The notes under the pieces were generated by a model, which did no database searches, was not told the origin of the DNA, and was given only the letters and a program-made list of their open reading frames with translations. Position numbers and translations under genes: made by a program. 64,000 nucleotides of DNA from an uncultured Muribaculaceae bacterium (GTDB lineage Bacteria; Bacillota_I; Bacilli_A; RF39; UBA660), in assembly GCA_964600615.1 (NCBI GenBank), contig CAZRJK010000004.1, forward strand, positions 15,259-79,258, in the 5' to 3' direction. Positions within the stretch are counted from its first letter, which is position 1, and each line of letters starts with the position of its first letter. Below, in pieces: positions 30,114 through 40,854 of the stretch.

Positions 30114-32420
30114 TTAACAATTACAACTCTTTTTATATTCATTAACAACCTCAATTGGTACCCCTTCATTAGCACGTCTTCCACAGCCAGGACAAATATC
30201 ACCAATTATACCAACATAACCACATACAGGATCTCTATCAACAGGATGGTTAATAGCAGCATATCCCATATTATTTTCCTTCATAAGTCTTACTATCTTC
30301 TCAAAAGCATCCAAATTCTTAGTAGTATCTCCATCTAACTCAATATAACTAATATGTCCTGCATTAGTTAATTCATGGAATGGAGCTTCCTTCTTAATCT
30401 TATCTACAATAGTAATATTATAATATACAGGAACATGGAATGAATTAGTATAGTAAGCTCTATCCGTAACTCCCTTAATTCTTCCATAAATAGCCTTATC
30501 TATATTTACAAATCTGCCAGATAATCCTTCAGCAGGAGTTGCTAAACAAGTAAAATTAAGATTATATTGAGAAGAAAATTCATCACATTTTTCTCTCATA
30601 AACTTAACAATCTTAAGTCCAAGTTTTTCAGCCTCAGCAGATTCACCATGATGTTTACCAGTCAAAGCTTTCAAACATTCCGCAAGACCAATAAATCCAA
30701 TACTTAAAGTACCATGTTTTAACACTCTTCTTAATCTATCAGTAGGTTTTAATTTTTCAGAATCTAACCATACACCTTGTCCTAACAAGAATGGAAAATT
30801 ATAAGTTCTCTTACTACATTGAATTTCAAATCTCTCTAACAATTGATCTCTTACATCATCCATAAGTGTACCTAATTCATCAAAGAAACCTTTCATGTCA
30901 GCCTTATCAGAACCATTAACAATACCATACTTAATACCAAGTCTAGGTAAATTAATAGTAGTAAATGATAAATTACCACGACCAGGTGTAACAGCTTTAG
31001 ATGGATCAGCAGCATTACCAATTACCCTAGTTCTACATCCCATATAACATACTTCTGTATTAAAATCTCCCTTATAATAAGCTTTATTATAAGTAGAATC
31101 CATAAAAGAGAAATTAGGAAACAATCTCTTAGCAGATACCTTACAAGCTAATTTAAATAAATCATAGTTAGGATCTCCAGGATTATAATTAATTCCTTCT
31201 TTTACTTTAAATATTGAAATAGGAAATATAGGAGTCTCATTCTTACCTAATCCAGCATCTACTGATAACAAATAATTCTTCATAACCATTCTACCCTCAG
31301 CAGATGTATCAGTACCAAAATTAATAGATGAAAATGGTACCTGAGCTCCGGCTCTAGAATGCATAGTATTTAAATTATGTACAAAAGCTTCCATAGCTTG
31401 ATAAGTAGCTCTATCTGTCTTAGATAATGCTATATCATAAGCCTTCTCAAATATTCTTCTAACCTCAGTACTTTCTTTATAATATCCCTCATAATTACTA
31501 ATATCAACTTCTATAGAATCTAACTTATCTATTTCTTTTACTAATTTATCAAAATTAATAAAACTAATAAAATCAGTAAACTCTAATAATTCATATAAAG
31601 ACTGTTTAAATTCCTTCTTAAATGTCTTTAAAACACCAGGAGCTAAATAATAATCAAATGCTGGAATACTTTGACCACCATGTTGATCATTCTGATTAGA
31701 TTGAATTGCAATAGCAGCTAAAGCACTATATGAATTAATAGATTGTGGTTCTCTTAAATGACCATGTCCAGTAGAAAAGCCACCCTTAAATAACTTATTT
31801 AAATCAATTTGCATACAAGTAGTAGTACCCATAGCCAAGAAATCCATATCATGAATATGAATATCTCCATCATCATGTAAATCAGCAAATTTCTTTTTCA
31901 TTAAATATGCCTTAGCAAATTCCTTACTAACAGTAGATCCATATTGTAACATAGTACCCATAGCACTATTACCATCTATATTAGCGTTCTCTCTCTTAGC
32001 ATCTTCTTCAAAAGCACTCTTAAGTCCAAGTCCTTCCAAAGATTTTAAAAATTTATGCATCTTCTTTTCATCAGAAAATAATTGTCTAGATTTATCTCTT
32101 CTTTCTCTATATTCAGAAAAAGCAGTATAAACATCTTCATATTTATTTTTCTTTAAAGATTCCTCAATTAAATCTTGAATATCTTCAATCTTAATCTTCT
32201 CTTCATCCTTATAATCTTTTTCTATTTTCTTAATTACTGCATGATATACTTTTTGTACATCCTTCTCAGTATATTTATTTTCTTCTTCATCTGGTATAAG
32301 GCAAGCATCAAAACCTTTCTTTATTGCCATAGCAACTTTAGTTGTATCAAAACTAACCTTTTTACCATTTCTTTTAACAACTTTTAAATTTTCAAGTATA
32401 AACTCATTTGAACTACTCAT
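30114..32420 (-). CDS. nrdD: Class III anaerobic ribonucleoside-triphosphate reductase, large subunit lacking the glycyl-radical tail
   Basis: ATP cone (VVKRNG), HIHD, MGCRT, GN...TINLPR, TPAE, YYTNS, DPVC..CPGC; no RxxGY motif. Confidence 0.95.
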   Translation of the reverse strand: MSSSNEFILENLKVVKRNGKKVSFDTTKVAMAIKKGFDACLIPDEEENKYTEKDVQKVYHAVIKKIEKDYKDEEKIKIEDIQDLIEESLKKNKYEDVYTAFSEYRERRDKSRQLFSDEKKMHKFLKSLEGLGLKSAFEEDAKRENANIDGNSAMGTMLQYGSTVSKEFAKAYLMKKKFADLHDDGDIHIHDMDFLAMGTTTCMQIDLNKLFKGGFSTGHGHLREPQSINSYSALAAIAIQSNQNDQHGGQSIPAFDYYLAPGVLKTFKKEFKQSLYELLEFTDFISFINFDKLVKEIDKLDSIEVDISNYEGYYKESTEVRRIFEKAYDIALSKTDRATYQAMEAFVHNLNTMHSRAGAQVPFSSINFGTDTSAEGRMVMKNYLLSVDAGLGKNETPIFPISIFKVKEGINYNPGDPNYDLFKLACKVSAKRLFPNFSFMDSTYNKAYYKGDFNTEVCYMGCRTRVIGNAADPSKAVTPGRGNLSFTTINLPRLGIKYGIVNGSDKADMKGFFDELGTLMDDVRDQLLERFEIQCSKRTYNFPFLLGQGVWLDSEKLKPTDRLRRVLKHGTLSIGFIGLAECLKALTGKHHGESAEAEKLGLKIVKFMREKCDEFSSQYNLNFTCLATPAEGLSGRFVNIDKAIYGRIKGVTDRAYYTNSFHVPVYYNITIVDKIKKEAPFHELTNAGHISYIELDGDTTKNLDAFEKIVRLMKENNMGYAAINHPVDRDPVCGYVGIIGDICPGCGRRANEGVPIEVVNEYKKSCNC

Positions 32421-32906
32421 GTCTTCCTCCTATCATATACACTAATTATACAACGTCAGAATACAAAGTCAATACAAAATGCGAACATTTTACAAAAATA
32501 TTTTTTTAAGAAAAATAAACTTTTTATTTTCAAGGCTTTTTTAAAGTTTTTATTTTTTTAAAAACTTTACTAATAATGTCAACATGTATCTTAAACACAT
32601 AAAACCCTTTATTTAAAAGGAAAAATTATTTTTATATGCAAATATAGTGTTTTTGTCTTTTTATATTTTTTTGACTTTTTAAAAAATAAAAGAAAAATAT
32701 TTTTTCATTTTTTTAAAAAAATATTTTTTTATTTTTTACAATTGTTCGTGTCCTTAAAAGTTAATTTTTACCATTTTCCGTTATAAAATATAAATAAAAA
32801 ATAATAAACAAATAATAATATGTTTGTAACCTAATTTCTAAAATGTACCAATCAAAAGAATACATATAATTATATAATAAACAAATAATAATAATGGGTG
32901 ATAAAA

Positions 32907-33017
32907 ATGGGAAAGAAAAAAAATAAAAATAATTGCAAAAACAATTGCAATATGAATGAATCAAATAACAATTCTAACAACATGAATCAAAATAATTCTA
33001 ACAAAAATAGCCTATAG
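32907..33017 (+). CDS. Putative 36-aa Asn/Lys-rich small protein (MGKKKNKNNCKNNCNMNESNNNSNNMNQNNSNKNSL)
   Basis: GGTGA RBS, internal repeat, ends within the bidirectional terminator. Confidence 0.4.
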   Translation: MGKKKNKNNCKNNCNMNESNNNSNNMNQNNSNKNSL

Positions 33018-33026
33018 GCTATTTTT
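33003..33026. terminator. Bidirectional terminator palindrome
   Basis: AAAAATAGCCTATAGGCTATTTTT. Confidence 0.65.
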
Positions 33027-33548
33027 TTAATAAAATAAAAATTTAACAACTAAAAAAGATATAATTATGGAAGCCAAATCTGCAAGTAATCCCACTAATA
33101 AAGAATATCTAATTTTCTTTATCCCAATTGAAGAAAAATATAAACCTATTATATATATAGTAGTATCAGTACTTCCTTGCATAACAGAAGCTACCCTACC
33201 AATTAAACTATCAACACCATAACTCTTTAATATATCATTCATAATAATTAAAGAAGAGTTACCAGATATTGGCCTCATTAAACCAAGTATTACCAATTCA
33301 CTAGGATAACCAATAAAATTAAGAAACGGTTTTATTAAATTAACTATATCATTAATAATATTGGAAGATATAACTACATTTATACATATAAACATAGCAA
33401 ATATATTAGGAAATATCTTTAAAGATAAATCAAGTCCTTCTATAACACCATTTAAAAACTCTTCATAAATATTAACATTATGTATAAATCCATATATTAT
33501 AATAAACAAAACAATCAAAGGAATAATAAAACTAGTCATATTTCCCAA
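33027..33548 (-). CDS. spmB: Spore maturation protein B
   Basis: RPISG, GSTDTT.Y...YF; follows spmA. Confidence 0.92.
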   Translation of the reverse strand: MGNMTSFIIPLIVLFIIIYGFIHNVNIYEEFLNGVIEGLDLSLKIFPNIFAMFICINVVISSNIINDIVNLIKPFLNFIGYPSELVILGLMRPISGNSSLIIMNDILKSYGVDSLIGRVASVMQGSTDTTIYIIGLYFSSIGIKKIRYSLLVGLLADLASIIISFLVVKFLFY

Positions 33549-34116
33549 TCCTAGACATAAATCTATCTAACAATAGTCCCACCATGCAAGATAAAATAGT
33601 AGTAATAATACAAGCTAAAACTATATCCGTAGGATTACTAGATCCATTTAAAGCTCTAAAACTAATAACTGTAGTAGGAATAATAGTAACAGATGCAGTA
33701 TTTATAACCAAAAAAGTAATCATACTCCTACTAGCAATATTACTATTATTATTCTCTTTCTTTAATTCTTCCATAGCCTTTAAACCAAAAGGCGTAGCCC
33801 CACTACCAAGACCTAACATATTCATAATAATATTAGTAGAAATATAACTAATAGCCTCTCCATCACTCTTTAATTCAGGAAATATAGGTTTAATAATCTT
33901 AGTCATAAACTTACTCATCTTTTTAACCAAACCAGATTCACTAGCAATCTTCATAATACCTAACCATAAGCAAAGTAAAGGAATCATATTAATAATAATA
34001 TTTATACTCTCCCTATTTTTAGAAACAAAAATATCATTAACAGAATTAATATTACCAGATAATATTCCATATATAATACCAATAATTAAAAATAATCCAA
34101 ATATATAATTAATCAT
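33532..34116 (-). CDS. spmA: Spore maturation protein A
   Basis: LWLGIMKIA, N.LGLG..ATPFGLKAM, FLVINTASVT.IPTT. Confidence 0.93.
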   Translation of the reverse strand: MINYIFGLFLIIGIIYGILSGNINSVNDIFVSKNRESINIIINMIPLLCLWLGIMKIASESGLVKKMSKFMTKIIKPIFPELKSDGEAISYISTNIIMNMLGLGSGATPFGLKAMEELKKENNNSNIASRSMITFLVINTASVTIIPTTVISFRALNGSSNPTDIVLACIITTILSCMVGLLLDRFMSRIGKYD

Positions 34117-35171
34117 GATATTAACTCCCTAAACCATGATTTCTTTTTTATGTTTTTCTTTTTAATATAAATAGGTTCTTTATATATAACATCATTATTT
34201 AAAAGTATTACATAATCCCCTACCTTATCACCAGTCTTATAATTATCTATAATATCCAAAACAACCTTACCATTAATACTTCTTAATTCCCTATCCAAAA
34301 CAGGTATATATACATCATTCTTAATATAAAAATTACCCTTATAATAATTATTATCAATATAAAAATTATTCTTATCTAAAAACTTATAAGCAACATACTT
34401 AGAAAAAATACTATTATATAAACTCTTATGAGTATTCCAATCATCACTATCACGAATAGTAACTACTATTAAATTAATATTATTCTTACTACCAGTACTA
34501 ACTAAAGTCCTACGAGCCTTATCAGTATATCCTGTCTTACCACCAGTAATATAATCCTCACTTAATAATTTATTCTTATTCTTCCATACATAAGTCTTCT
34601 TATTAGTCTTTAAAGTATAACTCTTAGTACTAACAATTTCTCTATATACATCATATTTCATAGCATACCTAGTAAGTAACGCCATATCATAAGCAGTACT
34701 ATAATTACCACCATCATCATCTAAACCACTAGGATTAACAAACTTACTATTATTCATCCCAATATCCTTAGCCTTATCATTCATCATCTTAACAAAATTA
34801 TCAATATCACCCCCAACATACTTACTAATCATTAAAGCAGCATCATTACCACTCCTAAGCATTAATCCATATAATAAATCTCTTAAACTAAGTTCTTCCC
34901 CTATTTCAATATATATACCAGATCCATAAGCCTTTAATATAGTATCATCAACTATAACTTTATTATCTAATTTACCTGATTCTATAGCAATAACACAAGT
35001 CATAATCTTAGTAATAGACGCTATTAACATTGGTTTATTATAATTCTTACCAGCTAAGACCCTACCAGTAACATTATCCATAACTACATATTCATAAGCA
35101 CTATTAACACTACAAAAACAATTATTAACACCAACAAAAAGCACAAAGATAAATAACAACAGTCTCTTCAC
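34113..35171 (-). CDS. dacB: D-alanyl-D-alanine carboxypeptidase (PBP5*)
   Basis: SITK, SGN and KTG motifs; dacB-spmA-spmB order. Confidence 0.9.
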   Translation of the reverse strand: MKRLLLFIFVLFVGVNNCFCSVNSAYEYVVMDNVTGRVLAGKNYNKPMLIASITKIMTCVIAIESGKLDNKVIVDDTILKAYGSGIYIEIGEELSLRDLLYGLMLRSGNDAALMISKYVGGDIDNFVKMMNDKAKDIGMNNSKFVNPSGLDDDGGNYSTAYDMALLTRYAMKYDVYREIVSTKSYTLKTNKKTYVWKNKNKLLSEDYITGGKTGYTDKARRTLVSTGSKNNINLIVVTIRDSDDWNTHKSLYNSIFSKYVAYKFLDKNNFYIDNNYYKGNFYIKNDVYIPVLDRELRSINGKVVLDIIDNYKTGDKVGDYVILLNNDVIYKEPIYIKKKNIKKKSWFRELIS

Positions 35172-35186
35172 ATTACCACCTATAGA

Positions 35187-35194
35187 ATAGTATG
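35187..35194 (-). promoter_or_regulatory. Possible sigma-E -10 element of dacB-spmAB
   Basis: CATACTAT just upstream of the RBS; this operon is sigma-E controlled in Bacillus. Confidence 0.35.
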
Positions 35195-35209
35195 AAAAAA
35201 GGACTACAT

Positions 35210-36307
35210 TTAGTCCTTTTTCCCTATCTTAATTAATTTAGCATGTACTACTGTTCTTTCAGTATCAGAATAACAAGTACTTAAAGTAAGTATCTTATCA
35301 TTTTTACCTAATGAAGTATTAAAATCATATAAACTTCTTTCTTTAATTATATCCAAAAATTTTAAATATTCTTCATCAGAATTAAAAGAAGTAGTAATAT
35401 AATAATCTTCTGTCTTTATTTTATATACAGAAAATATCTGCCACATTGTATTCTCGTTTTCCAAAGAAATTCTAATAATATGATTATCTCTATCATTATA
35501 CCAAGAAGATTTCAACACTTTAGATAAAGAGCCAAACATAGATTTATCTAATCTACTATGAGCATAAATAATACTATTTTTATTATCAAAATTACTATTA
35601 TTACGATAATCTAAAAATAACCAACCAGCCTCATTATAAGTCCTATCAATAGAATGATTTAAATAATAATCATTATTATCAGTCTGTACAAATGGATAAT
35701 TAATATTAGTATTATTAACATTTATCCAACCAACTATATTACTATATTCTTTCTTTAATTTACTAATATCTACATCTATCAAAGGAAATCTAATATAATA
35801 CCAGTAAGGATTATTTAAATCATCTGCTTTCGACACTAAAGAAGTTTTATCATTATCGTCTACCTCTAAAACCTCAACTTTGTCATAAATAGACCCAACC
35901 TTATTATTAGTTTTATTATTATCCATAAACCAACATAATATCTTATATCCCGATATACCAATTAATACTAAAAAGAAAATAATAAGTACAATGAAAAATA
36001 CATTATTTTTTTTCTTTTTATTTTTCTTTATATTCTTTTTTTCTTCTAATTTATTTAAAGGAATATTACCAGTCCAAAAATCCTCATTAATTTTAGGATT
36101 ATTATTATTAATGGCCCTAGTTTTTTCTACATTTGTTCTATTTGAATTAATTTTAGGATTAATATTAATTTCTTTAGGTTTTTCTATATTTATTTTATTA
36201 AAACTCTTCTTAGCTTCTTCTTCTCTTAACTTTTTTATATCACTTAAAATAATTCTATGCGTATCTTCCAAAGAAGCATGCCTAGGAATATAACTTTTTT
36301 TCTTCAT
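35210..36307 (-). CDS. srtB: Class B sortase
   Basis: GWI....INYP..Q..NN.YYL, IYAH, MFG.L, LTLSTC...R. Confidence 0.88.
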   Translation of the reverse strand: MKKKSYIPRHASLEDTHRIILSDIKKLREEEAKKSFNKINIEKPKEININPKINSNRTNVEKTRAINNNNPKINEDFWTGNIPLNKLEEKKNIKKNKKKKNNVFFIVLIIFFLVLIGISGYKILCWFMDNNKTNNKVGSIYDKVEVLEVDDNDKTSLVSKADDLNNPYWYYIRFPLIDVDISKLKKEYSNIVGWINVNNTNINYPFVQTDNNDYYLNHSIDRTYNEAGWLFLDYRNNSNFDNKNSIIYAHSRLDKSMFGSLSKVLKSSWYNDRDNHIIRISLENENTMWQIFSVYKIKTEDYYITTSFNSDEEYLKFLDIIKERSLYDFNTSLGKNDKILTLSTCYSDTERTVVHAKLIKIGKKD

Positions 36308-36363
36308 CCTAAAACCTTCTTCCTACTTTAAATAATTATACCATAAAAAAATAAATAATAATA

Positions 36364-37347
36364 TTATTTATTCTTTTTTAAATATTTAATAGCATCATCA
36401 AAAGTCTTAACTTCAACTACTTCCATATCATACTTATGTTTTTTAACTACCTTCACAGCTTCTTTATAATTACCACTAGGTACTAATATTATATCAATAT
36501 TATTCTTAGCAGCTCCCATTATCTTATACTTAATACCATCTATCTCTCCAACAGTACCATTCATAGATATAGTACCAGTACCAGCTATTCTTCTTCCCTT
36601 AACAATATCATCATCTGCTATCTTAGTATACATACTAAGAGCCATCATAAATCCTCCAGAAGAACCAGATTCACTCTTTTTAAACTTAATATTAAGTTCT
36701 GGATTAGCTTCATAAACATAATCAGAAAGAATAATAACACCTATCATCTTTTTATTATCTTCTTCTTTTACTTCTACAGGAACTTCTATCTCCTTGTTAT
36801 TTCTCTTAACCTTAAAATCAATAATATTTCCAACTTCTTTATTATTAATTATCTCTTTTATTTCACTAATACTTTCTACCTTTTTCTTATCTACTTCTAA
36901 TATTTCATCACCAATAAGAAGATTATTAGAAATAGTTACACTAGCAACATAATGCTTTTTGTCTTTTACTTCTAATTCTTTACCACTAGCTTTATACGCC
37001 ACATACATTGCACTATCAATAGAATTTTCTAACATTAATTTATTTCTAATATTAATCTCTTTCATACTTTCATTACTAATCTGATATTCCTTAACACTTG
37101 CTACATCCCAATTAGGAATAACATAACTAAGTAAATAAGTTGGTATAGTAGCAACCGTCTCAGATACATAAAGCATATTTAAACTACCATTAATATCATT
37201 ACAACTATCACAATCTATTCGATCATTTATCTCTATAGTACCCCCAGGCATATTAATATAATATGGTAATTTAATATTAAAAATAACAAATATAATTATC
37301 AAACTAATAATAAACCATAAATCTTCCTTTAACATCTTCTTAAACAT
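36364..37347 (-). CDS. ylbL: YlbL-like PDZ/Lon-type protease
   Basis: PYY...PG, PDZ domain, SGG, IAGTGTI...G.VG.I.GI..K; divergent from ylbJ. Confidence 0.85.
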   Translation of the reverse strand: MFKKMLKEDLWFIISLIIIFVIFNIKLPYYINMPGGTIEINDRIDCDSCNDINGSLNMLYVSETVATIPTYLLSYVIPNWDVASVKEYQISNESMKEINIRNKLMLENSIDSAMYVAYKASGKELEVKDKKHYVASVTISNNLLIGDEILEVDKKKVESISEIKEIINNKEVGNIIDFKVKRNNKEIEVPVEVKEEDNKKMIGVIILSDYVYEANPELNIKFKKSESGSSGGFMMALSMYTKIADDDIVKGRRIAGTGTISMNGTVGEIDGIKYKIMGAAKNNIDIILVPSGNYKEAVKVVKKHKYDMEVVEVKTFDDAIKYLKKNK

Positions 37348-37376
37348 AAAAACACCCTCTCTTAATATAATTAAAT

Positions 37377-38306
37377 ATGAAAACAAAATTTATAAATACT
37401 ATTATAATACTATTATGTATTATAACCATAATAGAAATATTCTTAAATAAATTATTAATCTTTAACACTATATCATATTCTTTAAATATCTGGATAAATT
37501 CCTTAATACCCTCATTATTTCCCTTCTTCATAATATCAGATATTCTAATTAATTATAACATAACTAATTATATACCTCCAATAATAAAAAATATATTTAA
37601 AAAATTATTTAATGTCTCAGACAATATTATAACTATCTTCTTTCTTTCAATTCTATCAGGATTCCCCTCCTCAGCTAGAAATATAAAACTAATGCTAGAT
37701 AAAAAATTAATTACACCTAAAGAAGCAACCCATACCCTTATATTTACTCACTTCTCTAACCCAATATTTATCCTAGGAACAATATCTATATTATTTTTAC
37801 ATAACAAAACCCTAGGTATAATAATACTATTATCTCACTATATACCAAACATATTACTAGGAATATTTACAAGAAAACTAAATACACCTAGCAATAATAA
37901 AAGAAGAAAAGAAGAAAGACATAACTTTCCTCAAATATTAATTAATTCTATTAAAAAATCATTAGATACAATTCTCCTAATCTTCGGTATATTATCTATC
38001 TGTCTAGTAATATCATCATTATTAATAAACAGATTAAATCTAAATTCCTATAACTCAACTATTCTAAAATGCTTATTAGAAATAACTATGGGATTAAAAT
38101 CTCTATCAGAATTAAATATACCTAATATCTATAAAACAATAATATCTAGTATGACCCTATCCTTTGGTGGATTATCTATCCATATTCAAGTATTATCCTT
38201 TATAAATGAATATAATATTTCTTATAAAACATTCTTTATCTCCAGAATATATCATTCAATTTTATCAGGAATACTAGCCTATATCTTATATATAATAATT
38301 ATATAA
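37377..38306 (+). CDS. ylbJ: Sporulation integral membrane protein YlbJ-like
   Basis: PSLFPF, SGFP, NP.FILG, LEIT.G, FGGLSIH.Q. Confidence 0.85.
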   Translation: MKTKFINTIIILLCIITIIEIFLNKLLIFNTISYSLNIWINSLIPSLFPFFIISDILINYNITNYIPPIIKNIFKKLFNVSDNIITIFFLSILSGFPSSARNIKLMLDKKLITPKEATHTLIFTHFSNPIFILGTISILFLHNKTLGIIILLSHYIPNILLGIFTRKLNTPSNNKRRKEERHNFPQILINSIKKSLDTILLIFGILSICLVISSLLINRLNLNSYNSTILKCLLEITMGLKSLSELNIPNIYKTIISSMTLSFGGLSIHIQVLSFINEYNISYKTFFISRIYHSILSGILAYILYIIII

Positions 38307-40119
38307 ATAAATTAACTATAAAACATAAAATAAAACCAATAACTAAAGGAATAATAAAAGATAAAAAAGTATAATACCAACTATTAGTCTCTTTCTTTAT
38401 CGTAAGTAAAGTGGTACCACAAGGAAAATGAAATAAACTAAAAATAACAAAACATATAGCAGTAACCAAAGACCAATTATTATTTATTAGTATATTCTTT
38501 AAACTATCTAAACTATCATAATTAGTTAAAGTACCAGTCTTTAAATAAATCATAAGAATAATAGGAAGCACAATCTCATTAGCAGGCATTCCCAAAAAGA
38601 ATGAAAGCAATATAACACCATCTAATCCCATAATATAACCAATAGGATTTAAATAATTACTAATTAAACTAATTATATTAATATTATTAATATATATATT
38701 AGTAAGCAAATATATAATAATACCCATAGGAAGTGTAACAACAATAGCTCTTCCTAATACAAATATTGTTCTATCTAAAATACTACTAACAATAACCTTA
38801 CCAAATTTAATTCTCCTATAATCTGGAAGATCTAAAATAAAAGCCTTATTATCATTAGGAAATAAATATTTAGCTAATAACTTACAAACAATAAAAGTAA
38901 CACCAACACTAAGAGCAATAACTAGCACTAATATTAAAGCCACCAAAAAACTATTACTATATCCAATAAAAAACATAGAAATAATTGCTATAATAACAGG
39001 ATATCTCCCATTACAAGGCATAAAACTATTAGTAATAATAGCAATTATTCTATCCCTCTTACTATCTATAATCCTAGTACCAGTAACCCCAACCGCATTA
39101 CATCCAATACCCATACACATTGTCAAACATTGTTTACCACAAACATTACACTTATTAAACATACTATCCATATTAAAAGCAATTCTAGGAAGTAATCCCA
39201 TATCCTCCATAATAGTAAATAAAGGAAAAAATATCATCATTGGAGGAAGCATTACCGATACTACCCAAGCTGTAGTCCTATACATACCATAAACAATCAT
39301 ATCTCTAAAAAAACTAGGTAAAAATAATAATATATTATATATTTTATCCTCTAATCCAAATAAAAAATTAGATAACCACATACTAGGATAATTACTACCA
39401 ACAATAGTTAACCAAAATATAAAGAATAACATAGCTAACATAATTGGAATACTAAAAAACTTACTAGTAATAATCTTATCAATCTTTCTTTCCCTATTAA
39501 TATACTTATTATTACTAACCCAAACACACATCTTATATATATCATGACACAAATATATTATCTTAGAACATTTATCATCATCACTAATTAAACCATAATT
39601 AAAAGTATATTTATCATTATAACCATTATAGCTTACATCACGAATACTATTAAGCATCTCATCCATACCTAGTTTATAAGTAGCAGAAGTTCCTACTACT
39701 TTTATTTTTAAAATACTAGCTAACTTATCTAAATCTATATCTATTCCCTTTTTCTTAGCTTCATCCATTAAATTAACCACCATTACAACCCTAGGATTAA
39801 TCTCTAATATCTGTAAAACTAAATTTAAACTTCTCTTTAAATTAACCGCACTACAAACAACTACTATACAATCAATATTATTATCTAATATTTTCTTTCT
39901 AGCAATTACCTCTTCAGAAGAATGAGTAATTAAAGAATACATTCCCGGTAAATCATAAATATTATAATAATCATTATCAAAATAATAACTCCCACAAGCA
40001 TTATCAACAGTCTTACCAGACCAATTACCAGTATGCTGCTTAAGACCAGTTAAATAATTAAATATTGTACTCTTCCCTACATTAGGATTACCTGCTAAAA
40101 CAATATTAAAATTCCTCAT
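38299..40119 (-). CDS. feoB: Ferrous iron transporter B
   Basis: GNPNVGKS, GNW.GKTV, DLPG.YSL, GC, PC and PANE motifs. Confidence 0.93.
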   Translation of the reverse strand: MRNFNIVLAGNPNVGKSTIFNYLTGLKQHTGNWSGKTVDNACGSYYFDNDYYNIYDLPGMYSLITHSSEEVIARKKILDNNIDCIVVVCSAVNLKRSLNLVLQILEINPRVVMVVNLMDEAKKKGIDIDLDKLASILKIKVVGTSATYKLGMDEMLNSIRDVSYNGYNDKYTFNYGLISDDDKCSKIIYLCHDIYKMCVWVSNNKYINRERKIDKIITSKFFSIPIMLAMLFFIFWLTIVGSNYPSMWLSNFLFGLEDKIYNILLFLPSFFRDMIVYGMYRTTAWVVSVMLPPMMIFFPLFTIMEDMGLLPRIAFNMDSMFNKCNVCGKQCLTMCMGIGCNAVGVTGTRIIDSKRDRIIAIITNSFMPCNGRYPVIIAIISMFFIGYSNSFLVALILVLVIALSVGVTFIVCKLLAKYLFPNDNKAFILDLPDYRRIKFGKVIVSSILDRTIFVLGRAIVVTLPMGIIIYLLTNIYINNINIISLISNYLNPIGYIMGLDGVILLSFFLGMPANEIVLPIILMIYLKTGTLTNYDSLDSLKNILINNNWSLVTAICFVIFSLFHFPCGTTLLTIKKETNSWYYTFLSFIIPLVIGFILCFIVNLFI

Positions 40120-40336
40120 ATATAACTTTAATCCCCTTAACATCCCTATTTCTTATCGCAATCAAACTATCCATAATCATATAAGCAGAAATTCCCTTAC
40201 CAATATCCTCTAAATAACGAATAATTTCAATTCCAGGAACAATTCCAATATCCATAAATCTTCTCTTTATATCTTTATTAACATCTACACTCTTAATAAT
40301 ACCCTTCCTCTCCAGTTCCATATCACATAAATCCAT
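40106..40336 (-). CDS. feoA: FeoA family protein
   Basis: RRFMDIGIVPG, IAIR; upstream of feoB. Confidence 0.88.
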   Translation of the reverse strand: MDLCDMELERKGIIKSVDVNKDIKRRFMDIGIVPGIEIIRYLEDIGKGISAYMIMDSLIAIRNRDVKGIKVIYEEF

Positions 40337-40557
40337 ATAACCACCTATAATAATCTATGATGAAAAAAAATATTTGCTATTTTTATTAGAAATAACTAAA
40401 AATATAATTTAGAACAATAAATAATACTAAATATTATGTTTGACAACTAAAACAATTCCAAAAATACAGTATAGACCCATTATTTATTCTAAAAATTAAT
40501 TCTTTCTATTTGCTTACATTAAAGATATATGCTATTATTACAAAAAGGAGTAATATT

Positions 40558-40809
40558 ATGAAAGAAAGACCAACCATAAATTCTGATACCTTTTCTAAAA
40601 TATTTAAAAATAAAAAAGACTTATTAGCCCAATTAGCTTCCTCCCTAACCCATAAAAATATAAATACTTACCTAAACAACATAACAACAGATATAACTAA
40701 TAAAGAAAAATTAAAATATATAATAACTATGCCTAATGATAATACTATAATAATAACAAACACTATAAATAATAAAGAAACAATAATTAATCTAAACAAA
40801 GAAAAATAA
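40558..40809 (+). CDS. Hypothetical protein
   Basis: AAGGAG RBS before MKERP; 83 aa. Confidence 0.55.
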   Translation: MKERPTINSDTFSKIFKNKKDLLAQLASSLTHKNINTYLNNITTDITNKEKLKYIITMPNDNTIIITNTINNKETIINLNKEK

Positions 40810-40838
40810 CATATTTTTCTTTTTAATTTACCATAATA
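40809..40838 (+). promoter_or_regulatory. Possible sigma-G promoter of gerA
   Basis: ACATA-18nt-CATAATA upstream of the RBS. Confidence 0.35.
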
Positions 40839-40854
40839 ATTATAGGTGAATTAT

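Noticed and set aside
30093-30120. nrdD split as a sequencing frameshift or pseudogene
   Set aside because: The downstream piece has its own strong RBS and ATG, extra N-terminal residues and a duplicated EGVxxE segment; nrdG is intact
32636-32651. Possible NrdR box upstream of nrdD (ACACTATATTTGCAT on minus)
   Set aside because: Only a half match and no clear tandem second box
32907-33017. AAC/AAT-rich stretch as a possible DGR template repeat
   Set aside because: AT-rich and shares no scaffold codons with VR1 or VR2
40558-40809. Small ORF as an Rpn-transposase remnant (D.F.KIF...K.LL)
   Set aside because: Similarity limited to a few residues; no nuclease motif
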